Assembly (NCBI GenBank): GCA_003452965.1
Contig: DMMW01000035.1
Coordinates: forward strand, 534-58,047
DNA length: 57,514 nucleotides
Reading direction: 5' to 3'
Source of the DNA: Elusimicrobiota bacterium
GTDB taxonomy: Bacteria; Elusimicrobiota; UBA8919
Shown: positions 27,534-35,948 of the stretch, piece after piece
Numbering within the stretch: the first letter of the stretch is position 1
How the letters are laid out: the number at the start of each line of letters is the position of its first letter
Translations under genes and position numbers: made by a program
Notes under the pieces: model-generated
What the model was told of the DNA's origin: nothing
The model's database searches: none
What the model saw: only the letters and a program-made list of their open reading frames with translations

Positions 27534-28490
27534 ATGATTATTTTATTTTTAATTGTGATATTTTTTGCAATAAATATGGGTGCGAGTGGTGTGGCGCCGG
27601 CATTTGCAGTATCTTATTGTTCCAAAATAATAAAAACAAAATCAGTTATTTTGTTGTTTGGATTATTTGTTATTATTGGTGCAATATTATTGGGAAATAA
27701 TGTCACCATGACACTTAAGGGTAGAATACTACCAGAACAATTTGTTAATTTTAAGACAGCAATAATAATACTTTTTTCTGCCTCTTTTGGGTTATTTATT
27801 GCTAATATCTTTAAAGTGCCCCAGTCCACTTCATGGGCTACCGTCTTTTCAATAGTGGGAAGCGGTATTGCGATTGGGCATGTTAATTGGAGTAAATTCT
27901 TATTAATAATACCTTTTTGGATATTATTACCGCTTGTTTCTTATTTCCTAACGTTATTTTTTTATAAAAAAATTTATCCTCCAAAATTTAAAAATCTTTG
28001 GATCTATGAAAAAATATTTATTAATGAAAGAATATTAAAAAAACTATCCGTATTAGCAGGTTGCTATGTTGCATTTGCAATAGGTAGTAATAACGTTGCA
28101 AATGCAGTAGGTCCTTTAGTCGCAGGTGGTATTATTAAAAATATTTTTTCTGGATTATTTTTTATAGGATTGTTGTTTATGTTTGGAGCGATGTTTTGGG
28201 GTAAAAAAACTATGTGTACAATTGGCGAAGAAATAGTTCCTTTTGGATTGGTTACAGTTATTGTAGTCAATTTTATAACAGCAACACTTTTAATCTTTGC
28301 ATCGGCTTTAGGTATCCCTCAGTCACTTGTTCAACTTAATTCCGCTTCAATCTTTGCTATTTCACATACTAAGAATGGTTTCTATCAAACCGTTTCGCAC
28401 AAAGTAACCAAAAAGACATTTTTAGTATGGATTATTTCACCACTAATAGCATTTATTAGTTCATTTTTGCTTACAGGAGTAATAAGATGA
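27534..28490 (+). CDS. PiT-family (PHO4) anion permease, CysP-like candidate sulfate permease
   Basis: Polytopic, with the duplicated PiT signature (AINMGASGVAPAF and AIGSNNVANAVGPL). The gene order cysH then PiT mirrors the B. subtilis cysH-cysP arrangement. Confidence 0.7.
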   Translation: MIILFLIVIFFAINMGASGVAPAFAVSYCSKIIKTKSVILLFGLFVIIGAILLGNNVTMTLKGRILPEQFVNFKTAIIILFSASFGLFIANIFKVPQSTSWATVFSIVGSGIAIGHVNWSKFLLIIPFWILLPLVSYFLTLFFYKKIYPPKFKNLWIYEKIFINERILKKLSVLAGCYVAFAIGSNNVANAVGPLVAGGIIKNIFSGLFFIGLLFMFGAMFWGKKTMCTIGEEIVPFGLVTVIVVNFITATLLIFASALGIPQSLVQLNSASIFAISHTKNGFYQTVSHKVTKKTFLVWIISPLIAFISSFLLTGVIR

Positions 28491-28894
28491 TTTTGAGTAA
28501 AAAACAAATAAATTATATCATTGAACATGTAAAAAGAGAATATCCAAAGGAAGCATGTGGTATAATCGTAGGGACAAACTGCAAAATTAAAAAAATATAT
28601 AGAATGAAAAACATATCTGAAAAGCCGGAAATTTGCTATTTTATGGATATTAAAGAACAATTCAAAATATTTAAAAGAATAAGGAATCAAAGCTTAGAAC
28701 TTTTAGGCATTTACCATTCGCATACTCACAGTGAAGCGTATCCATCTTCACGTGATGTTGAAATGGCGTATTATGATAATGTAATTTATCTAATAGTATC
28801 TCTATCTAATTATGCAAAACCAAACATTAATGCTTATAAAATACGTTATGGTAAAATTAAAAAAGAACAAATAGAAGTCAGGGAGGTTTTATGA
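28487..28894 (+). CDS. JAMM/MPN+ metallopeptidase (Mec/HcyD/QbsD-like)
   Basis: The catalytic set is complete: the EACG Glu plus HSHTHSEAYPSSRD, which fits H-x-H-x7-S-x2-D. ATGA overlaps on both sides. Confidence 0.8.
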   Translation: MILSKKQINYIIEHVKREYPKEACGIIVGTNCKIKKIYRMKNISEKPEICYFMDIKEQFKIFKRIRNQSLELLGIYHSHTHSEAYPSSRDVEMAYYDNVIYLIVSLSNYAKPNINAYKIRYGKIKKEQIEVREVL

Positions 28895-29616
28895 AAAAAG
28901 TGTTTTTAATGATGTTTATCATCATTGGTACGGCAAAATTCAGTTATTGTGATTTTCGTTATTATGCATGGACATATCAATTTATGACTATGTTACCGGG
29001 AAAGACAGAGTTAGAGTTATATCACCGAATAGACCAAAATGATTTATCAGTGTCTGAAACAGCAAAATGGAAAAGACAAATCGAAATTGAAACAGGATTA
29101 ACTTCCCGTTGGGATTTTTCTTTTTATATGGTTGATAGTTTTTCAGCAGGAGCTGATGGAAAGGGAAGAATCAAATTTGAAGAGGTAAAACTTCGGACGA
29201 GGTATAAGCTTGCTAATAAAGGAGAGTTTTTTGTTGATCCTATTCTATATCTTGAGTATAAAATCCAAACAGATAGGAGTTATCCTGATAAATGGGAAAC
29301 AAAACTAATATTGGCTAAAGACATCAACGATTTGAATATAGCCATGAATGTTATTCCGGAAGAATATTATAAAACAGCGACAAAAGAAAAGGACTGGAAA
29401 GTAGAATATAGTGCTGGAATAAGTTATCCTATATTAAGTGATATTTTCCGAGCAGGGATAGAAGTTAAGGGTGATTTGAAAGATGATAAGCATTTACTTG
29501 GTCCTACAGTTTCTTTCAAAGGAAAAAGTATTTGGTCTGCTATTGGTTTTGTTTTTGGAGTTAACAAAGAATCTGATGACTTACAAGTACAATCAATAAT
29601 CGGTATAGTTTTTTAA
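28891..29616 (+). CDS. hypothetical outer-membrane beta-barrel protein
   Basis: Signal peptide, alternating hydrophobic beta-strand pattern throughout, and a C-terminal ...IIGIVF with terminal Phe. I recognise no family. Confidence 0.4.
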   Translation: MKKVFLMMFIIIGTAKFSYCDFRYYAWTYQFMTMLPGKTELELYHRIDQNDLSVSETAKWKRQIEIETGLTSRWDFSFYMVDSFSAGADGKGRIKFEEVKLRTRYKLANKGEFFVDPILYLEYKIQTDRSYPDKWETKLILAKDINDLNIAMNVIPEEYYKTATKEKDWKVEYSAGISYPILSDIFRAGIEVKGDLKDDKHLLGPTVSFKGKSIWSAIGFVFGVNKESDDLQVQSIIGIVF

Positions 29617-29636
29617 AAATTTAAAAAGTATAATAA

Positions 29637-30101
29637 ATGAAATTCTACCCGATATCTTTAAACTTAAAAGATAAAAAAGTTGTAATTATTGGTGGTGGTA
29701 AAATCGCCGAAAGAAAAATAAAAGGATTGGTTAAGTGCGATGCTAAAATTACTTTGGTTAGTCCGAATTTATCAAGAAACTTAGAAACAATAATTAGAAA
29801 ATATAAGATAAAATATTTCAAGAAAAAATATACATCATTTATTATAAAAAATCAGTTTTTGATTTTTGCATGTACATCAGATAATGATGTAAACGAAAAA
29901 ATTTTTAACGATGCTGAAAGGTTAGGAGTGCTGGTCAATGTATGCGATGATACGAAAAAATGCAGATTTATTGTTCCTGCGGTTATTAGAAAAAAGGGAA
30001 TTGTTATTTCTATATCTACGGATGGAAAGCGACCTGCACTTTCAAAAAAATTTAAAGAGGTTTTAAAAAATGAATTTGGAAATTTATGGGATAAATTATA
30101 A
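29637..30101 (+). CDS. sirC: precorrin-2 dehydrogenase / sirohydrochlorin ferrochelatase-like (siroheme synthase N-domain, short form)
   Basis: Rossmann motif VVIIGGGKIAERK and the ISTDGKRPALSKK block, as in the CysG N-domain, SirC and Met8. Only 154 aa. Confidence 0.7.
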   Translation: MKFYPISLNLKDKKVVIIGGGKIAERKIKGLVKCDAKITLVSPNLSRNLETIIRKYKIKYFKKKYTSFIIKNQFLIFACTSDNDVNEKIFNDAERLGVLVNVCDDTKKCRFIVPAVIRKKGIVISISTDGKRPALSKKFKEVLKNEFGNLWDKL

Positions 30102-30993
30102 ATTTTGTGATATAAAAGTAAGAGAAAAACACTATATTGATGCGAGAGAACGATATTTGTTGCTTGATAAATATAAATATAGTGGTTTCATACCTTCTGT
30201 AATAGTTTCAACATGCAATAGGACAGAATATTATTTTGATAAAAGGAATAATATTTATGAAAATATCGGCTTTGAAAATTTGAGTGGTATAGATGCGATA
30301 AGACATCTTTTTCGACTTACAAGCGGGATAGAATCACAAATTATAGGTGAGCCGGAAATATTATCACAGGTTAAACAAGCATATTATAATTCAGCCGAAC
30401 TTGGTATGACAAATGGTTTTTTTAATAAAATTTTTCTAAACGCAATAAAATTAGGTAAATATGTTCGTTCTCAAACAGGAATATCGGAGGGGAATATTTC
30501 TTTTGCAAGTATTATATTTAATAAATCAAGAGAGTTTTTTAAGGATATTTCCAATAAAAATATTTTTATTCTTGGTACCGGGGAAATGACAAAAAAAATT
30601 CTTAAGTATTTTTCTTCTGTAAGAACAAATATGCAAATTGTAAGTGGTAAAAATTATGATAAAGCCATTTTATTAGCAAGTGAGTGCAAAGTATTAATAA
30701 ATAAATTTAGCGAATTTAAAAATATAATAAATACCGCAGATATTATTATAACAGCAACTTCGTCACCACATATTTTGATAAGTGAAATAGATTTAATATA
30801 TGTAAAAAGACCATTATTGATTTTTGATTTATCAGTTCCAAGAAATGTGGATGAAGGAATAAAAAATGGATATGTATATCTCTATAATATTGACGATTTA
30901 AAAAAAATAAGCGAAAATAATCTTAATGAAAGAATTAAATATATTCCAGTTATTAAAGAGATTATTGAAAATGAAATCAATAAATTATTATAA
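30070..30993 (+). CDS. hemA: glutamyl-tRNA reductase (lacks the C-terminal dimerisation domain)
   Basis: Catalytic STCNRTEYYF, GESQI-like GIESQIIGEPEIL and NADPH motif LGTGEM. 307 aa versus a typical ~420 aa. Confidence 0.85.
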   Translation: MNLEIYGINYKFCDIKVREKHYIDARERYLLLDKYKYSGFIPSVIVSTCNRTEYYFDKRNNIYENIGFENLSGIDAIRHLFRLTSGIESQIIGEPEILSQVKQAYYNSAELGMTNGFFNKIFLNAIKLGKYVRSQTGISEGNISFASIIFNKSREFFKDISNKNIFILGTGEMTKKILKYFSSVRTNMQIVSGKNYDKAILLASECKVLINKFSEFKNIINTADIIITATSSPHILISEIDLIYVKRPLLIFDLSVPRNVDEGIKNGYVYLYNIDDLKKISENNLNERIKYIPVIKEIIENEINKLL

Positions 30994-31648
30994 AGAAATA
31001 AAAATTGGTGTCAGACCCTCTAATTTAGCAGTAAGACAAGCAGAAGAAATAATTGCTAAGTTAGAATTATTAGGTTTTGAGCGAGCAAGGTTTACAATAA
31101 AAAAATATCACACCGATGGCGATTTAGATAAAGAAACATCTATTTCAAAAATTGAAAGAAGTAATTTCTTTACCAATACGGTTGATAAAGCGGTTTTATC
31201 AGGAGATGTTGATTTTGGGGTTCATAGTGCTAAGGACTTACCGGATATTATTCCGAATGGTCTAAGGATTGCTTGTATAACAAAATCAATAAATAGACAT
31301 GATGCCCTTGTTTCAAGAGATAACTTAAAACTTGCAGAGTTACCGCTATATTCAAAAATAGGGGCAAGTAGCACACGTAGAAAAGAACAATTAAAAAAAT
31401 TCAGAAGTGATTTTGAAATAGTTGATATTCGTGGTAACATTGAAGAACGATTGGAGAAATTTGAAAAAAATAAATTAGATGGATTAATTGTTGCGACTTG
31501 TGCACTTGTAAGATTAGGACTTGTGGATAGAATAACTGCAGAAATTCCGTTTAATATTTTAGAACCGCATCCGTTGCAAGGTTCATTGGCTATTATTGTT
31601 AGAGAGGATAATTATGAATTTGCTGAAAAATTCAAAAAAATCAATTAA
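30971..31648 (+). CDS. hemC: hydroxymethylbilane synthase-like (domains 1-2 only)
   Basis: Contains VHSAKDLP, SSTRRKEQL and IRGNIEERL, which are substrate/cofactor-binding residues of HemC. It ends where E. coli HemC domain 3 would begin. The start is chosen at ATG 30971. Confidence 0.75.
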   Translation: MKSINYYKEIKIGVRPSNLAVRQAEEIIAKLELLGFERARFTIKKYHTDGDLDKETSISKIERSNFFTNTVDKAVLSGDVDFGVHSAKDLPDIIPNGLRIACITKSINRHDALVSRDNLKLAELPLYSKIGASSTRRKEQLKKFRSDFEIVDIRGNIEERLEKFEKNKLDGLIVATCALVRLGLVDRITAEIPFNILEPHPLQGSLAIIVREDNYEFAEKFKKIN

Positions 31649-32381
31649 ACATAAAGTTTATATTATTGGTGCAGGGCCCGGAGATACGGAACTTATTACA
31701 TTAAAGGGTATAAATGTCTTAAAAAAGGCCGAATGTGTAATTTACGATTACCTGGTTAATAAAGATATTTTGGAATATGTTCCAATAACTACAGAATTGA
31801 TAAATGCTGATAAAGCAAGAAACAGATATTTAGATAATTTTACGAAAGAACAGGATAAATTGAATGATTTAATTGTTCAAAAGGCAAAGGAATACAGAAC
31901 AGTTGTACGTCTTAAAAATGGCGATCCGACAATCTTTGGACGATTGAACGAAGAAATACAGTCACTTATTAAAAATAAAATTGATTTTGAAATTATTCCT
32001 GGTGTGACAACTGCTTCATCTGCTGCATCATTTTTAAAAATAGGACTGACTAAAACAAAAGTAGCGCCGATTGTTTCATTTATTGCTGGGCATGAAAATC
32101 CACTATCTAAAAATTCTATAATTGATTTTAGTAAATTATCTCAAAAATCAACACTTGTATTTTATATGGCTGTAGAAAATCTTAATAACATAGCAGAAAA
32201 GTTAATTGGAGAAGGATGGGAAAAAGATACTCCTTTTGCAATTGTAGAAAGTGTAGGATTCAATTACGAAAAGAAACATATAGGTAAATTAAAAAATATT
32301 AAAAAAATATCTAATGGTATTAAACCGCCTGCGGTATTATTGATAGGGGATGTGATAAATTATGCTATTAAGAAAAAATGA
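31614..32381 (+). CDS. cobA: uroporphyrinogen-III C-methyltransferase (SUMT)
   Basis: VYIIGAGPGDTELITLKG and VVRLKNGDP. The track start TTG 31596 is replaced by ATG 31614, which has AGAGAGGA upstream. Confidence 0.9.
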   Translation: MNLLKNSKKSIKHKVYIIGAGPGDTELITLKGINVLKKAECVIYDYLVNKDILEYVPITTELINADKARNRYLDNFTKEQDKLNDLIVQKAKEYRTVVRLKNGDPTIFGRLNEEIQSLIKNKIDFEIIPGVTTASSAASFLKIGLTKTKVAPIVSFIAGHENPLSKNSIIDFSKLSQKSTLVFYMAVENLNNIAEKLIGEGWEKDTPFAIVESVGFNYEKKHIGKLKNIKKISNGIKPPAVLLIGDVINYAIKKK

Positions 32382-33312
32382 AACTATAAGAAAGATGATT
32401 AGTGAAACACAACTTAAAGTTGAAAATCTAATTATGCCATTTTTTGTAACAGAGGGTATAAATATAAAAAAACCAATAAAATGTTTTCCGAAAATTTTTC
32501 ACTTGTCAATTGATAATCTGTTAAAAGAAATTGAAGAAATCGATAAACTTAATATTCCTGCGATTTTGATTTTTGGTGTTTCGGGTAAAAAGGATAAAAT
32601 AGGTTCTTATTCATGGAGTAAAAGTGGAATAGTTCAAAAAGCAGTAAAAGAAATAAAACTAAGATTTCCAGAAATTATATTAATCACAGATGTTTGTTTG
32701 TGTGGTTATAAATCTGATGGTCACTGTGGAATATTTAATGGAAGTGAGATTGATATAAATCTGACATTAAAATATTTATCAAAAATTGCTCTGTCACATT
32801 CTGATTATGGTGCTGACTTTGTGGCACCTTCTGCTATGATGGCAGGACAGGTAAAAGCAATAAGAAACGTTCTAAATAAAAATGGTTTTAATAACGTTGG
32901 AATATTGGATTATTCTGCGAAATTTGCCTCAAATTTTTATGGACCATTCAGAGAATCACTTAATAGTAATCCAAAATTCGGTGACAGGAAGATGTATCAA
33001 TTGGATTATAGCAATACAAATGCAGCGTTAAAAAGAATGGAAGAAAGTATTAAAGAAGGGGCTGATATTATAATGATAAAACCGGCTCTTGCATATCTAG
33101 ACATTATTAAAATTGCTAAACAAAAATTTAATGTTCCTATAGCTGCTTACAATGTTAGTGGTGAATATTCTATGGTTAAATTCGGTTCAGAAAAACATAT
33201 TTTCAATGAAAAAAATATAATTCTTGAAATTCTTACGGCGATAAAAAGGGCTGGTGCTGATTTAATAATAACTTATCATGCTAAGGATGTAGCAAGATGG
33301 TTAAAAAAATAA
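32362..33312 (+). CDS. hemB: porphobilinogen synthase (zinc-type)
   Basis: Zn site DVCLCGYKSDGHCG and Schiff-base Lys contexts (MIKPA, and SGEYSM nearby). Confidence 0.9.
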   Translation: MLLRKNETIRKMISETQLKVENLIMPFFVTEGINIKKPIKCFPKIFHLSIDNLLKEIEEIDKLNIPAILIFGVSGKKDKIGSYSWSKSGIVQKAVKEIKLRFPEIILITDVCLCGYKSDGHCGIFNGSEIDINLTLKYLSKIALSHSDYGADFVAPSAMMAGQVKAIRNVLNKNGFNNVGILDYSAKFASNFYGPFRESLNSNPKFGDRKMYQLDYSNTNAALKRMEESIKEGADIIMIKPALAYLDIIKIAKQKFNVPIAAYNVSGEYSMVKFGSEKHIFNEKNIILEILTAIKRAGADLIITYHAKDVARWLKK

Positions 33313-34511
33313 AATTGTTAAAAGAAATAAAAAAATATTTCTCAGGTGATGTAAATTCACCGGTAAGAAGTTTTAAATCGGTGGGTATGACCCCTATTAT
33401 TATAAAATCTGGAAGTGGTTCAAAAATTAAGACATATAATAGTAAAACATATATTGATTATTGCATGTCTTGGGGTGCCCTTATATTTGGACATTCAAAT
33501 ACTGACATAATCAGAGCTGTTAGAAATCAGTTAAGTTATGGGACAAGTTATGGTTTTACGAATAATTATGAAGTAGAACTTGCAAAAGAAATAAGCAAAG
33601 CATTACCTTCTGTAGAGAAAATTAGATTTGTAAATTCAGGGACTGAGGCAACAATGGGGGCAGTAAGAGTTGCCAGAAAGTTTACAAGCAGAAATAAAAT
33701 TTTGAAATTTGAAGGTTGTTATCATGGTAGTTCGGACTTATTATTAAGAACTGATAATAGTTTTATAGTTTCTTACAATGATTTAGAATCTGTTGAAAAA
33801 ACCGTTAAAAAACATTATAGAAGTATTGCTGCTGTTATTGTGGAACCGATTGCTGGTAATATGGGGGTTATATTACCAGATAAGAATTTTTTAATGGGTC
33901 TTAGAAATATATGTAACAGATACGAAATAATTTTGATATTTGATGAGGTGATAACTGGTTTTCGTATTCAATACGGTGGTGCACAGATAAAATATAATAT
34001 AAAACCCGATTTGACATGCTTGGGAAAGATTATAGGTGGTGGCTTTCCAGTCGGTGCTTTTGGTGGGAAAAAAGAAATTATGGAACTATTGGCACCATCA
34101 GGAGATTTGTATCAGGCAGGTACTTTTTCCGGAAATCCGATTTCTATGATAGCGGGCTTAAAGACATTACAGAAATTAGAATATGCAGATTACGGACTTA
34201 TAGAAGGTAGAACAGAATATTTATGCGATTTTATAGAAAATGAAGCGAAAAAAAATAGCGTTGATATTCAAATTAATAGAATTGGTTCTATGTTTTCTCT
34301 ATTTTTTATAAATAAAAAAGTTTATGATTATGTATCAGTAAAAAAACAAAATGTTAAAAAATTTAAAAAATTCTATAAATTACTTTTTAATAAAAGCGTA
34401 CTTTTTTCTCCATCACCATTTGAATCAAATTTTATTTCTTTCGCACACACACAAGAAGATATAGAAAAAACTATAAAAATATTTTCTTCTGTTTTGAGGA
34501 GGATTAGATGA
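33297..34511 (+). CDS. hemL: glutamate-1-semialdehyde 2,1-aminomutase
   Basis: Class-III aminotransferase, with NSGTEA, DEVITGFR and PLP-Lys context CLGKIIGGGFP. Confidence 0.9.
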   Translation: MVKKIKLLKEIKKYFSGDVNSPVRSFKSVGMTPIIIKSGSGSKIKTYNSKTYIDYCMSWGALIFGHSNTDIIRAVRNQLSYGTSYGFTNNYEVELAKEISKALPSVEKIRFVNSGTEATMGAVRVARKFTSRNKILKFEGCYHGSSDLLLRTDNSFIVSYNDLESVEKTVKKHYRSIAAVIVEPIAGNMGVILPDKNFLMGLRNICNRYEIILIFDEVITGFRIQYGGAQIKYNIKPDLTCLGKIIGGGFPVGAFGGKKEIMELLAPSGDLYQAGTFSGNPISMIAGLKTLQKLEYADYGLIEGRTEYLCDFIENEAKKNSVDIQINRIGSMFSLFFINKKVYDYVSVKKQNVKKFKKFYKLLFNKSVLFSPSPFESNFISFAHTQEDIEKTIKIFSSVLRRIR

Positions 34512-35431
34512 GTAGTTTCGACAAGTTAGATATAAAAAATAAAAAAGAACAGAAAAAATTAAATGTTGATTTTGCAGAACTTAAATCAGGTGGATTTATT
34601 AAACAAAATAAAAAGGACTTATTTACGGTTCGTTTGCGTGTACCAGGTGGGCGGATGCCTATAGAACGGTTAAACAAAATAATAAAAATCGCCCAAAAAT
34701 ATGGTAAAGCAAATTTCGTTCATTTTACCACCCGCCAATCGCTTGAAATTATTTCTATAAATATAAACGATTTTAATAAATTAAAAAGTGAATTAAAAAA
34801 AATAGGGCAACAAACTGCATCTTGTGGACCAAGAGTACGGGTTGCTACGGGTTGTGGGGGATGCGAATATAATGCAAGGGGTATTATTGATGCACAAAAA
34901 CTTGCATTACAGTCGGATAGGAAGTTTTTTGGAATTCCAACCATTCATGGGAAGTTTAAAATCTCATTTGCCGGCTGTCATTCGGATTGTACCAGGGCAA
35001 AAGGCGCAGATATCGGATTTATTGGCGAAATTGAACCGGGATGGAGTGAAAGAAAATGTATAGGTTGTGGATTATGTGCCAAAGCATGTTTGGAAGGTGC
35101 TATTATATCTGATAAAAAAACGGGAAAACCTGTCTATGATGCTTCAAAATGTATTTTTTGTGGCGATTGTATAAAAATATGTCCGACATCTGCTATGCAC
35201 GAAAAAAAAGTAGGTTGCGGATTATATGTCGGGGGAAAATGGGGGCGTCATCCAAGAATAGCAGATTTGATAACTCATCTTTTTCCTGCAAAAGATATAA
35301 TACCTGTTATCAAGAAAACGATAGATTGGTATATAAAAAATGGTAAAAAAAGAGAACGAATAGGAAATACAATTGATAGATTGGGTATTAAAAAATATAA
35401 AAACGAAATAAATTATAAAAGGAGTTACTAA
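34508..35431 (+). CDS. small siroheme-type sulfite reductase-like protein with inserted 2x[4Fe-4S] ferredoxin domain (AsrC/Dsr-like)
   Basis: NIR_SIR ferredoxin-like N-domain (RLRVPGGRM...L), Cys motifs TGCGGC and AGCHSDC, and two CxxCxxCxxxCP motifs (CIGCGLCAKAC, CIFCGDCIKICP). It sits immediately after the siroheme genes. Confidence 0.6.
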   Translation: MSSFDKLDIKNKKEQKKLNVDFAELKSGGFIKQNKKDLFTVRLRVPGGRMPIERLNKIIKIAQKYGKANFVHFTTRQSLEIISININDFNKLKSELKKIGQQTASCGPRVRVATGCGGCEYNARGIIDAQKLALQSDRKFFGIPTIHGKFKISFAGCHSDCTRAKGADIGFIGEIEPGWSERKCIGCGLCAKACLEGAIISDKKTGKPVYDASKCIFCGDCIKICPTSAMHEKKVGCGLYVGGKWGRHPRIADLITHLFPAKDIIPVIKKTIDWYIKNGKKRERIGNTIDRLGIKKYKNEINYKRSY

Positions 35432-35545
35432 AATATAAATTTCCATTAACGGAAAGAATGAGAAGATTGCTTATAGTTTAGAATTGGTAATGTCAAAAAT
35501 ATGCCAATTTTTGACAGAACGAGTATTTTAAGGGAAAAGAAAGGT

Positions 35546-35938
35546 ATGATTGAAAATTCGTCACCGATAATTAAGATACTACTAAAAATAGTTGGAACTA
35601 TATTTGTGGGACTTGCGATTCTTGGCATATTTCTGCCTCTTTTACCAACAACTCCTTTTCTAATACTTGCTGCTATTTGTTATGCAAAAAGTTCCTCAAA
35701 ACTTTATAACTGGCTCTTGAATAATAAGTATTTAGGAGCTTATATCAGAAATTATTATGAAGGTAAAGGTATACCGCTTGCTACAAAAATCTTAACGATT
35801 ATATTTTTAATATTAACAATAGGTTATACATCAATATTTACAATTTCCGTATGGTGGGCTAGGATATGTTTGTGGCTTATAGCTGTTGGGGTTAGTATCC
35901 ATATTCTCTCTTTCCCAACATTGAAAAATAAAAAATAG
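35546..35938 (+). CDS. DUF454 (YbaN-like) inner-membrane protein
   Basis: [24 protein letters not shown] is the YbaN signature. The start is chosen at ATG 35546. Confidence 0.65.
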   Translation: MIENSSPIIKILLKIVGTIFVGLAILGIFLPLLPTTPFLILAAICYAKSSSKLYNWLLNNKYLGAYIRNYYEGKGIPLATKILTIIFLILTIGYTSIFTISVWWARICLWLIAVGVSIHILSFPTLKNKK

Positions 35939-35948
35939 GAGGCATTTC

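Noticed and set aside
30926-31648. The short HemC as a simple assembly frameshift artefact.
   Set aside because: I could not support this from the sequence. The downstream frames immediately encode the N-terminus of cobA (with its own SD at 31601-31608), which leaves no coding space for HemC domain 3. It is therefore kept as a finding rather than dismissed, pending read-level checks.
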